Shown here piece by piece: positions 1-12,085 of a DNA stretch of 64,000 nt (the first letter of the stretch is position 1; every line of letters starts with the position of its first letter). The translations under genes and the position numbers were made by a program. The stretch is from Atractiella rhizophila (lineage: Eukaryota): the NCBI GenBank assembly GCA_021432655.1, contig MU271238.1:62001-126000 (forward strand), given 5' to 3'. Below the pieces are notes generated by a model. That model worked only from the letters and a program-made list of their open reading frames with translations, was not told where the DNA came from and ran no database searches.

Positions 1-844
1 TCACCCTACCGCTACCACTGGCAATGAGATGGAAGCTTCTGGGAGTGACGATGCGCAACAGTTTCCGTGGAGGGGATTTCTTGGATTTTCGACGGTGTTA
101 CTAGAATGTTGTTCTATCACATTTCAGTGTGCCCGTGGAGCAGTTGAGCACGTCTAGCGCCTTCTACATTACATCAGCTCGCAGTGGCTGCCCAACGTCG
201 CAGCTAACTATCACGGCGGCACCGTCCTCGAAACCGCTGCTTCCTCGATTGGATGTGACGAATATCGCAGCCCTTTACCACATCCCACATCCGCAAGTTC
301 GTCGACGACGCCGCTACCCTCTGCCCAGGGTGCACCATCCTTGCGGAAGAGTTGGATTGAGAAGAAGTAGATGACGCTCACCCGCCTATCAAGACTTTAG
401 CGGGTCTGCAGTGTGGAACCGCAAGAACAGCTTAGGGCCTCATTGGTGGAGGACTACAGGATGTACCGACGGTTAGAGTTTGATGAAGTTGAAATAAGAG
501 ACGAAGTTACATTTGCAAAGTACACCATCACCGACACATCTCAGCTGACAATTCCGATTCACCGCTTCAACTCCAACCCAACGTTAACCCCGCCGACAAT
601 ATTTTCAAGCGACGGCGACTTTCAATTTGCAAGGCGCCATCGCTCATTTACAGACTCTGGTGCGCCTGCATTAAGCAATGCACGCACTCTTTCCCTGTAG
701 ACTAGGGTCGAACGAGATGGATTTTGCTCCTACATCCTTTGCTTCATCGACATGTATTTCAATAAATCTCTCGTCTGTTCTGTCGTTAACCAATCGAGTA
801 ATACTCTGCTCTGTGTAACATCTCAGCAGGTTCGCGCAGCATTA

Positions 845-2955
845 TCAATTCAAATCCTCTTCTAATTCCATGACAATCACACACCCGACCCTAGCCAGAT
901 CACGAGAGTGAGCAAGAATCCATTGCTTATCGTCCAAATCACTTATGCTGCCATTGGACAAACTCAACAACTTCAGTCTATTTGCATTGCACGGAGAGAG
1001 CCTCGCCTTCAGCAGGGAAATCACGGCGCCGTCGCAGCTTGAGACATTGTCAAAATGGAGCTCCGCTAATTTCTCAGAGAGGAGGATGGAAGAGATGAAA
1101 GCTTTTGCAATCATCACAGTCGTTTCCACTCTCATAGATCTAACGATTCTCATGATTTTGAGGGAGGGAAAACGAGGTAGCCCATGACCGACTTGGATCG
1201 CTGTATCGATGATACGGAGCTCCTGAAGAAGTGGAGAAGTGACGGAAACTATGTAAAGCGCTGCAGTTGGTAATTGCTGACAGCTGTTCAAGACTAGGCA
1301 TCGTAGGTTCGGAAGGTGCCAGCGAGGAAGGAGATGTATCATTGAGAAGTCAGACCCTTTAGTAAACGTGACGGTGTCAAGATGTTCCATGTTAAAAACT
1401 TCTTCAAAGTCCACCTGGGGTGACAAACCCGTATTGATACCTACACTTCGAAGCGTTCGAATGGAAGCGCAAAACTGGGAAAATTTGAAAAATTATTCTT
1501 CAAAGTCCACCTGGGGTGACAAACCCGTATTGATACCTACACTTCGAAGCGTTCGAATGGAAGCGCAAAACTGGGAAAATTTGAAAAATTCGGGCAAGTC
1601 GGTTGCGTCCATCAGGGCACATGTGTGGATATGAGTGAGGCTGGAGAAACGCGGGATATGTTTGTCAACAATGTCCTGAGAAAGGATCAAGTCTGGAGAG
1701 GCAACCGGAATTTGAAACGACAAAGATGGGGTCGTGTTGAAGTGACAGGTTCGAAGGTCGACAATATTAAAAGATGCTTCATTTTTGAGGTGATTCGTGG
1801 ATTGTGCGACGTCTTCAGGTGCAGGCAACATATTGGATACCTTGAGGGATTTGAACTTTTCAGAAATAAAGGGGTCACGGATAATCATCAGTGGGACATC
1901 CAACGACTTTGATCTGACGCTTGCTCCGAACTGAATTGTGTGCAAATGCGGAAATTGGGCAAGGAGGGCATCGAGGGACTCCTGGAAAGAAAAGGTGAAG
2001 CAACAGGTGATTTTCAGGGTATTCAAGGTTCCCTTGGCGATATAAACGACAATCAACAATGTTTGGAATTGCGTGGCGTCTTCGCGAAGCCTAAGTTGTA
2101 GAATCTGAGAGCCCGGTTGCTCAGTTTCGGTCCAGTCTTCTCGCACCTCAAAGTATTGGAGAGAGCAAATACTTCGGATTAAATGACGAGATGAAATAGT
2201 AGAGAACATATGGGCAAGCGATGCGAGGCTCGCAGACGAGTTGTAAGTGAGCACCAGAGACCGGAGAGGCAGAAGGTCGCCCGTAACTTTGCCCTCAAAC
2301 TTGATGCCTTTCTTCTGTTTTTGAATATTCATCCGTCTTCGGTCGTACCAAGCTTTCCATTGTGTTGTCAGCTGCTCTGATTCTCCTGTCGAGCGAGAAT
2401 GAAGGTGTAGGTCTCGCCAAAGCAACGGCGTGCGTAAGATCGCTTGACGCCACATACGACAAACATGTGTCGCGCGAACAACGGAGAATGATGGAAGGTA
2501 GGCGATTATGGACAAAAAAACTTCGAGCGGAAGATGGGATATCACGGCATGGCAGGAGACAGCCTGAGGAAATGTAGATTAGCGCAAATGGTGGTAGGGC
2601 AGCAGAACAATGCCGGTGGAGTGAAAGAAGGGAGCCATAAATCTGTCAGCACCTCATAAACAGGCCACATCGATGATTGGAGGCCGTTGGCCTTGATGAG
2701 TGCAAGCAAACTTCAAGGAATACAGAGATGAAATAAGGATAGTCTCACAGATGCTTCCCAACAGAAAGAGTCATCCATTTCACAATTTGATAAACTGTTG
2801 TTGGATTTCGATCTTGCTACACTCGGTCGATCTTCCAAAATGGGTGGAGGCGTACTCCCTTGCAATGGAGGGAATAAGAGCAGCTGGTCGCGAACCGTGA
2901 CAGATTCATTATTCCACGGCTGTGTTTTCGGAAGAGACAACCGCTTCTTGCTCAT
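845..2955 (-). CDS. F-box protein with C-terminal leucine-rich repeats; interrupted in this assembly by a 96-bp tandem duplication carrying a stop codon
   Basis: ORF 1493..2545 begins with an F-box motif (LPLEVFLSIIAYLP..VVRATHVCRMWRQAI..PLLWRDL). ORF 845..1426 is in the same frame and has LxxLxL repeats. Putative 5' exons up to the ATG at 2955 (GTGAG donor near 2748; branch site and acceptor near 2563-2583) are tentative. Confidence 0.75.
1400..1590. repeat. Exact tandem duplication: two 95-bp copies (1400-1494 and 1496-1590), period 96
   Basis: Direct comparison: ttcttcaaagtccacc...ttgaaaaatt occurs twice, separated by a single A. Confidence 0.95.
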
Positions 2956-3513
2956 CTAATGGGTTGATTAAGCAATGTACAATCAACTGTACTACTAACT
3001 GGAGCATACTTTGAATGGTTAACTTGAAACAGTCGCCTACCAATTCCGAAGTTTCAACTCGCATTGATTAAGAAACATTAGCCATCGACAAGCGATAAAT
3101 CCTAATTGAATCTTGTTGAAACCATCATGGCAGCTTCTCGAAAAACAAAGGTAGGAGTCTTTGTTTTCGCGCAGCATTTCTAATCTCTTCAAATCTCACG
3201 GACCCCCCACGCAAGCCAATGTGCTTTATCCTGCTTTATCTAGCACGATATTGTACACGAACGACATCTCCCCGTACAATGGTCCCTCAATCCCCACAGC
3301 CGGCGTTCTCTCCCCCTTTCCTTCGGTGATTCGTCATGCGATAGCTTGGATACAGTTGGATATCACTTTCAAATTAGCCGGAATATCTTCTCTCTCTGCA
3401 CTCTAGCTGGGTATTATGTATTCGCTGGACGCCATAAAAGACGGCCAGGCTTTGCTGCTTCAATTCTCTCCTGCTTGATTAGTACTTGTCGCTCTACCTG
3501 AGTTCGAGGCACG

Positions 3514-6500
3514 ATGACGCTTCCTCAGGCTCTTCAAGTTGCGCTGCTTGCGACCTCCCTTTTCATGGCCCTGCAGATGAATGTCGCGAGCGTGAACGGA
3601 AGGCCGACTGACTGCCTAGATGGCCTGATGGACGTGGCCGACCCTTTTTCCTCCAAATCTTGCTCTTTCAGGGAGACTTGGACGAATCAGAGGAGGAACA
3701 ATGCGAAGGATGCCTTTTTGAACGAGCTGGTGGGAAAGATGACGCTTCCCGAACTTGGTTCGTGTGTTCTTCTCTCTTCTCTCTTTGCTCCTTTTTCAGC
3801 ATGACGACTGGGTGCTAACGAGAAGTGTTGGGGACAGTACACCAGGTACACATGACCCATCCCTCCCACTTCGCGGGACTGAATGCCGACAACTCCCTCT
3901 ACGGTACACCACCTTCTTCCTCTAGTTGGAGGTTTACTTACAGGTGCATTGAATGGATAGACGAGGCGATGGAGGGTAACCTGGACGCAGGTTTGGGCGT
4001 TGTGCACGACTGGTCTGTCTTCCTCTTCTATCTTTCTCCTGTGTTCAAGTTCATCGATTTGTCCTTGACAGGTATCCGATGAATAAGACACTCTACAATG
4101 ACTTGCAGAGCATAAACCACAACCGGTCTCGTCTCCAGATCCCTTTCCTTCAACTCGGGGAATGTCTACACGGTAGGTAGACCGCTCAATCAGCAGCACT
4201 CTCTTCTCTCTCAGTTCTTCTTGCCCGCTTCAAACCTGACAGAACGTGTCGTAATGCTACAGGTGTGGGATCCTTCCACCAATCCATGTTTCCACAGCAA
4301 ATCGCCTTGGGAGCGTCGTTCGATACTGATCTGGCGTATGCGGTTGGTCGAGCGATCGGGAAGGAAGCGAGGAGTATTGGCATTCACGCTTGTTTAGCAC
4401 CAGTGTTAGATCTGTGTAAAGAACCTCGATGGGGGCGTTGTCAAGGTGTACCTTCTCCCCTTTCTTCCCGGTCCCCCGCGAGAGAAAAGTTACTGAAGGC
4501 AAACACTGTGAATAGAGAATTTCGGAGAGGATTTCGTGCTCACGTCCCACATTGGAGTGTCTTACTCCTCAGGATTATCGAAGAATGGTTCGTGGTCGGA
4601 CGAGGACGCCGTCATTCCCGTCATGAAACATTTCGCGGCCCATGGCAGCGGCAGAGGAGGGATAAACAGTGGTTCGTTCCTTGGAAGGGGTACTAGACAG
4701 GTCATCTTTGAGATGTTGACGCCTTTCAAGGCTGTGTTCGATAAGGGAGGCGTTAGAGGGGTAATGATGTATGTTTCGTCTCCTTATGATTCTAGGAAGT
4801 TGCTGAAGAATTGACGCAATGTTACGGTATTTCGGGCTTATTCGGAACTTGACGAGGTCCCCTGTCACGTCAACGAGCTCCTTTATGATCATTTGGAGAG
4901 CTGGCAGAAAGCGAAAGGGGACGACATCTTTGTCATGGCTGACGATACTGGTTTGTCCATCCCCTCCAAATCATGTAATCCATATAAGTCGAAGGAGGCT
5001 AACGAAGAGCAAGGTGTGGCGCAGATGTATGTCCGTCATCAAACGACAACTTCCCCTGCCGATGGGATAGCACAGTGGTTCGTTACCTCTACCTCCTTCC
5101 TCCCGCTCCCTCACCGATAACATGAGCTGAACGGATGCATGCGCGGCAGGTTCAACGCTAGCGGCGGACTTCAATACTACGATTACCCTCTCCCCGTATT
5201 CCTGAATGCGACCCTTGGAAACGTCGCGAACGGCACTGTTTCCGAAAGCACTATCAGAAAAGCAGTTCGCAAGCTTCTATCAGCCAAATACGACCTTGGT
5301 CTCTTCGACGATCCATATATCCGTAAGGACATAGATCCTATAGCTATCGCGGATTCCCACGTCAATGTCACTCTCGACGCGGCGAGAAAAGCCATCGTAC
5401 TGTTAGAGAACAAGGACGACACTCTTCCTATTGAGCCAGCAAAGCAAGGGATAAAACAGATTGCACTCGTTGGTCCTTTTGCGGATAGCTTTAACTATGG
5501 AGACTATTCTGGCCCTTGGGGTTCGTCTCTCTCCGTTCTCTTTAAGTTCCGATCATTATGATACACACGAGCTGAAGCGAAGTTGTGAAGGGATGACACC
5601 GACGCGGAATGCAACCACGATCCGGAGCGCCATGCAGAAATATATAGAAGACAATCATCTGGATGTCGAGCTCGTTACGAGTTGGGGTGCGAATAATTGG
5701 ATGTACAACGCCCAATACGTGATCTCTCCCGATCTCATGTCCTACAATGGCAAATCTGGCGGACTCAAGGCCACATATTACGCGGATATGGATTTCCAGG
5801 TATGTTTCTACCTCCCTCTTCCTTCTCAACGACGAGTACTGACTATCCATGATGAATAGGAGCCAGTGGTCTCCCGCATCGAAACTCCTAACCTTGAATG
5901 GGGAATGGCGTATCCGGCTGGACTCTCCTCCTCCAACTTCTCTGCGACGTGGGAAGGCAACCTCACGGTACCAAACCTATCCACAAACGCTACGATAGAC
6001 GGCTACATCGGTGCAGCCGTCTTCCCCAATTGTTCCGCTCGAGTGTTCATCGATGGCCAGCTCGTGTCAGAATCACCAGCAACGACAAGTGGGAACCTCT
6101 GGGGAAACATCATCCAGCTCCCCGTTGTCCAAGCGAATGGAACAATGCCTCCACCTGGTGGCGCTGACTTTACCTTTGAGAGCGGGAGGACGTATGAGAT
6201 AAAAGTCGAATTCAAGGCTCTGAATCTGTATAGGAAATTCGAGAATCTATACTCTCTGAATGCCCAGATTGAGCTGTTTTGGAATCTGGTAGATAGGCAA
6301 GATCCGGTTGGAAAGGTATGTGGACTTTGCTGCCTGAGATCCCGATGAAGTAGCGTTGACTTGTGACCCGATTAGGCTGTATCTGCAGCCAAGGAGGCTG
6401 ATCTTGTGGTTTTGGCTGTCGGCGCGAACTGGAACAGTGATGGAGAGAGCGGTGATCGAGGGACCATGGGTCTCTCGCCAAAGTCAGCCCCTCTCGTTCA

Positions 6501-7381
6501 CCTGCTCAAACAGACATATTAAACAGATGATATAGTCAAACTGTCCTCGCCGACGCTATCTTCGCTCTTGGGAAACCAGTTGTCATCGTTTTGCAAGGCG
6601 GAAGACCCTTTGCGATCCCGGAATACTACGCGAAAGCAGGGGCCGCTCTTGATGCTGTAGGTCGTCACATTCAGCGGCATAGGATGCAGCTGACGATGCG
6701 ACCCAGTTTTTCCCAGGTCAGTCTGGAGGTCAAGCCATATCGGATGTATTGTTTGGAGTTTTCAACCCTGGCGGTAAGGTACCAGTCAGCGTTCCTGTAA
6801 CAGCAGCCCAACTTCCGGTTTACTACAAGTTAGTGTGCCAATTGCCTTCCAACCTTCAGCGCTTACTTTAGAACAGCTACAAGTACACGGACCACGCGAG
6901 GAATTATACCGACATATACTCTTTCCCGCAATATTCCTTCGGGTCAGCCTATGTGATTCTTGCTAGCCTTTATCTAAATGTCTATCGCTTTAGATACGGT
7001 CTCTCGTTTACAACATTCTCGCGATCTAATTTCAGGGCCTCTGCCTCATCGTTTTCAAGCGGCGATACGATCAAATTCACGGTTTCAATGACGAACACAG
7101 GTTCTCGAGCTGGTAGTGAAGTTCCCCAGGTCTACCTCCTTCAAAGACGGTCTCAAGTCACACAAGTGTTGAAGCAGCTAGTCGCTTTCAAGCGCGTCTA
7201 CCTTGACGCTGGGGAGACGAAGGAAGTGACGATGGAACTGGAGGTGGATAGGTATCTCCCGATCATCAATCGAAAGTATGAGAGGGAGTTAGAGAGAGGG
7301 CCCTACACTTTCGCTCTCCTCAAGGATTCAACACCTAATGCTGACCCGAGCATGAATGTCACGTTGACTAGCTTAGGTTGA
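3514..7381 (+). CDS. Secreted glycoside hydrolase family 3 (beta-glucosidase/xylosidase-like) with PA14 insertion and Fn3-like C-terminal domain; multi-exon
   Basis: Signal peptide (MTLPQALQVALLATSLFMA). GH3 motifs FPQQIALGASFD, APVLDLCKEPRWGR, MKHFAAHG, nucleophile region FVMADD, AARKAIVLLENK, GESGDR and YGLSFTTF. PA14-like GGLKATYY...NFSATWEG. Fn3-like VSMTNTGSRAGSEVPQVY..KQLVAFKRV. Confidence 0.93.
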
Positions 7382-7464
7382 ACAGTTCTAGCTGTCGTGA
7401 ACAGCTTGCTCAATCTGTAACATGATGTTTCCTTAGTACCAAATCAAACAAGCAATGATGACCA

Positions 7465-7518
7465 CACTCCATGATACATTTCACTCCATGATACCATTTC
7501 ACTCCATGATACCATTTC
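7465..7518. repeat. Short tandem repeat, three copies of cactccatgata(c)cattt, between the convergent 3' ends of the GH3 and MFS genes
   Basis: Visible directly in the sequence. Confidence 0.85.
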
Positions 7519-7582
7519 TATCGCTGCATCGCCATTGCGTCTATGCCAGAGCTAGAACTTAAAGGAGAAGGCAAGTTGCTTG

Positions 7583-9647
7583 TTAAACCTTCCATGTCTG
7601 TTTGGTCTGAGACTGGAAACGCCTAGCGAGCATGAACAGCAGTCCGCCAACGAAAACGCTAATCTGCAAATTGTTGAAGTCAGTATTACCATACTGAGGA
7701 GTATCATCATATTGAGAAGGCGAGGACTCACGCCGGAGAAGACAGCTATTCCAATGTCCGTATTAATACCACACTGATGGATGAACGGACGTGCGCACCA
7801 GGGCCCCAGAAGCGGTTATTGGATTGAATGAGTATCTGTCCTGCAATCGGGGTGCCTGTGAGCGCTGCGAGGCCGACGAAAGTGAATACGAATCCTTTCT
7901 CAACCTATCAATGTCTCATTTTAAGGAGCTTGTAAGTTGACCAACCCATCCTTATCCTAATGCACATCATCAGACCAACCAAGGATTGGGCACTGTAGGC
8001 AACATACCCGATCTCATGTGGACCATGCGCGAGGGAGACGCATACAGGGGCCATCAGACTAACAATTCCACCAAATCCGAACCCATAAATAATGGAGAAG
8101 GCGATTGCCGAGCCAACGTTGGTGCAGGCAAGCCTTCGTTCGAATTCTTGATTAGCCGTCTGTTCTCTTCTGAATAGGTGGACGCACCATACGAATTCAA
8201 GGATGGCGGTGAGTATTGTGAAAGGGATCAGGTGATTGAATAACCCGATTCTACAGTTGTGATCAGTCTCGTGTTGAAAACAAGAAGACCATACTTGTCG
8301 GCGAAAAAATTAGGTAGAATTCGTCCTACAATGCTCGAACCTGAGGAATTCCGCTTTAGACTACAGCGAGGTTGGAGACAGCTGCCCGCTGACCATTCAA
8401 GATTGCAACCTATCAACCGATCAAACCCGTTGTAAGCTAGATAACAAGAGCTTACGGTATAGAAACTGAAAGTTTCTCCAACGCCGTGAGCTCTTAAAAA
8501 CACTTGGATATAAAAGGACTGTGCCACCTTTCTTAGTACGCGTCATTTTAGGCAGGAGAAACTGCATGCCGGTGTGAACAGACCCCAGTACACGAAAAAG
8601 AATCCGCAGCTGACCAAAACCGTCGATGGGTCAGACACAACGGCTTTCAGCCCACCAGTTTTCTTCACTTTTTCAGTCATCTGTCCCGCTACCGCCGGAG
8701 GGCGGCGAACTCGTATCAACAGATTCGCCACGACCAATAAACCCAGTATGAGGTAAGCAACTTTCCAGATGGCAGGCTTCAGTCATTACCACTGAAACAG
8801 CAGAGAGAGAGCCTACCATCTCGTACTCCCTCTTCAAATCCGACACTTTCGTCATTTATTAAATTGTTGAGCATGACTGCAATCATCTGGCTATGAGCAG
8901 AAAAAGACAGCAAAAATAAGACCAACTTGGGAGACAAACACCTCCAAGTCCAGACCCAGCAGCCACATATCCCATTGCCAGCGCTCTCCTTTTTCGAAAA
9001 TATCCTGATACGGCTCCAAGAGTAGGTAGGAAGAGACAACCACAGCCCAACTAGTTTTGCTCAGCAGTGCAGGAGAGACGGGACGATGAGACCTACCCCC
9101 ATCCCTACCGCTTGAGAGAGAAATATTTGATAATAGCTATTGGATAAAGACAGCATGAATATCCTAGTTGCATTCATTAAATATGACGTTCAGAGAAGCA
9201 AGGCGGCAGGACTTACGAAAAGACGAGAAGTATTGATCCCGTTACAGTGAGGCTGTAGAAGTAACCGCTGTCCACCATCCTACCAGTAACGATGGAGCTG
9301 AGAAAGAGGAGGGCGAGCTGCAAACTACCGATCCAACTTATATTGCTATCGCTGTAGTCCGCCAACTAGCTCACAACAAAGTGTCAGAAGGAAGTGAGAA
9401 GGAGTGGAAAGGAGAACTAAACCTGATGTCGTTTGTAGTAATCCTGATACACCCCAAATCCTGTCGCATGCCCAAAAGTCACAAAAGAAACTATGGATGC
9501 TCCAACAACCGTCAGATAGCCATGAAGACCGCCCTCTATCCATTCTGGTTGTGGTCTCGAAGGTGATAGATTTTCGAGATCCTTTTCTTCTTGGGAACTC
9601 TGCTCGTTTTCAGGAACTTTTAAGGTGGGAGAGCTTGCTCGTGACAT
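7583..9647 (-). CDS. MFS transporter of the monocarboxylate permease (MCT/Mch-like) family; multi-exon
   Basis: N-terminal EGGLHGYLTVVGA..SFVTFGHATGFGVYQDYY, ISWIGSLQL, GRILPNFFADKYG and many hydrophobic exons. Reconstructed C-terminus ...LARRFQSQTKQTWKV* with stop at 7583-7585. Confidence 0.88.
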
Positions 9648-10307
9648 GTTATTTTTGAGAGAAGAGGGCCTAGCCACTAAAGGAGATATACGTCCTTCTT
9701 ATAAGTGAACTCGTCGTTGCTGGCTTTTAGGCGGCTTGAAGGCCTTGAAGCGGGCTGCAGCCTCATGGACAATCAAGTTTCCAAACCTGAACAGAATGAC
9801 AACTTGCTTACTATTCAATGCAACGGCTCCACCTCGCGGCACAATGAGCGGTTTTTAGGCGGAGCTCGCATGAAGAGCGGTCTTGCAGCTTGAAGCTCCA
9901 GTCGTTCTGGTTTCAAGGCGAGACTGACTCAAGGGTGCCAAAGAACCTGGATTACACACTCGGATAACACGGTGTAAATGGAGAAGAGTTATTGCAGATT
10001 TTTGAGGATGTTGACCGTTTCGGACCGAGGTCGACTTATGCGTACCTTGGACTGTTCTGTGCGTCCTCTATCGTGTTTATTAACTTAATCAGATATGAGA
10101 TAATACCCTTCAGGAGGGAATGAGAGAGGACGGAAGGAGTTACCGAATCTTCATGGAATCGACAACGATCGCAGAGCTGTACTGTAATATTCGATGTTTG
10201 TGAACACGTCGGGCAGATATGTAGGTACAAGTACGAGTACCGTAATATTAGGAAATCAAGTATATCGGTCTGAGTCAAACAACTCAATGAACATTAGGTG
10301 AAGACGT

Positions 10308-10315
10308 TATAAAAA
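10308..10315 (+). promoter_or_regulatory. Putative TATA box of the methyltransferase gene
   Basis: TATAAAAA about 50 nt upstream of the ATG at 10366, followed by a CT-rich tract. Confidence 0.4.
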
Positions 10316-10365
10316 CATCACCTCCTTTCTTTGTGCTCTGGCCAACGCTTGACCAACGCTTGAAC

Positions 10366-11384
10366 ATGGAGCAAATACGCGAGCAATTCCACAAGCCTGA
10401 GATTGGCAAAGATTATCGCAAGATCGAACATGCCCTCGTCGTTCCCGGTATCCAACTTCTGGATCAGAGCGGTCTGCGCTCTCGCCCTCTACCGCCCGCT
10501 GATGGACTCAAGATTCTCGATAATGCTTGTGGGACCGGAGTCATCACAAGCCTGATTAAGGTTGAGGACAAGTTCAAAGATGTGGAAGTGACTGCCGTCG
10601 ATATCAGTGAGTTGATGGTCGACAGTACGAAGAAGCGAGTTCAAGAGGAGAACTGGAAGAATGTGAATACTGTCATTGGGGATGCAATGGTGGGCTCTAT
10701 CGTAATATCATGATGATTGTCTTGTTGAACTGTGATAGGACCTCAAACTCCCTTCAAACTATTTCTCCCACACCATCACCAACTTCTGCTTTCAAATGCT
10801 CACAGATCCCGCAAAAGGGATGCAAGGCGAGTCTCATTTGGACTTGATTGTGAGAGTCTGACATTGGTTGCTTTCATGGTTATCTAGAAGCTGTCCGGGT
10901 CACCAAACCGGGAGGCGTGATTGGGTTCACCACGATGAAGACAATCGGATGGTATGTCATTGATTTGGTCAAAGAGATCACATTAGAATGAATTGTCAGG
11001 TTCCCCACAGCCAAAGAAGCTGTGTCTCGACTACCGGGGCCACCAGTGTTGCACGATCCCAATGTACTGGCCAACGCTACAGGTCAATGGGATTCGCCTG
11101 AGTACATCTCTAACGTCTTGAAGTCGCCACCTCTCTCTCTCGAAGACGTCAAGGTCCAACTGTTCCCATTCAATGTGGAGATGCAGAGTGCACATGAGCA
11201 TGCACACGAGACTGAGATGATCACAAAGTTCATAACAATGGCCTGGTCGGAGGAGCAGAAGAAGGAATTGACGGAAAGGTTGAAGGAAACTCTGGAACAA
11301 GTGCTCATTGAAAAGTACGGGAAGGATACACCATACCAGTTGGAATTTGTGGCTGTGGTGTGCACCGGAAAGAAACCCTTTTGA
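10366..11384 (+). CDS. Class I SAM-dependent methyltransferase (Methyltransf_25/UbiE-like), paralogue 1; 4 exons
   Basis: Motif I ILDNACGTG, motif II VTAVDISELMV, GDAM/DLKLPSNYFSH, EAVRVTKPGGVIG. Confidence 0.9.
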
Positions 11385-12085
11385 GCTCCCTCGTGTTAAC
11401 GATTTGAATGCTGCTGTATGCTGATTCGAATATAATGGGCATTCAATCGCTCCAGTGGCAATGCTTCGGAACATTCGCTTGTCAACTCAAGAAAACAACA
11501 GCTAATTTAACGCAGAGTGTACGTGGGGCATTATGCCAACATCACTGCCATTCCACAGATCAAATCTATAGAAAAATGGCATCATTGTGGCGACGCACCC
11601 ACCATCACCGCCAGCACCACTCTATCATCACGTTCTCCCTGCCTCTCCCAGCGGCATCACATGGCAATATTCCATGATTCCAGAGTTATCGCATCCTCCG
11701 CCGTTAGCAGTCTTTGATTATTTATTTTACTTTATCTATTCACCTAATGTCGTAATTTTCCTTTTACAGACATCCCGCCTAGAGCATTGTCATTGTCTTC
11801 TGCGGCAATACCTTCTACTGAAACGCCGTGTCCTCCAACAAGTTGGCAACAACATCTGTGTGGGCGAAGAACCTTTACCTCCGAAAAGCACAGGAACCTT
11901 TGAGTGTGTAGTGAAGACAAAACTGTTGTCCCCAGATCAATCACGTTCCGCCGCACCTTCAAGTGTCGACACCGTCAACCTTCAAGCTCCCAAGTTCTTA
12001 TTGGCAGGCTAACTGTATTTAAGAGCTTCGACCAAAGTGAGGGCTGTTCCATCTCACGATGTTACCATAACTCAAACAAATCACA

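Noticed and set aside
1..700. Short ORFs 129..374 and 413..700
   Set aside because: No motif; they may be the tail of an upstream gene but cannot be supported from this window.
7465..7518. CRISPR-like array
   Set aside because: Eukaryotic DNA; the repeats are contiguous with no spacers.
3514..11384. Secondary-metabolite cluster (GH3 + MFS + methyltransferase)
   Set aside because: No core synthase (PKS, NRPS, terpene cyclase) or cluster regulator in the window; adjacency alone is insufficient.
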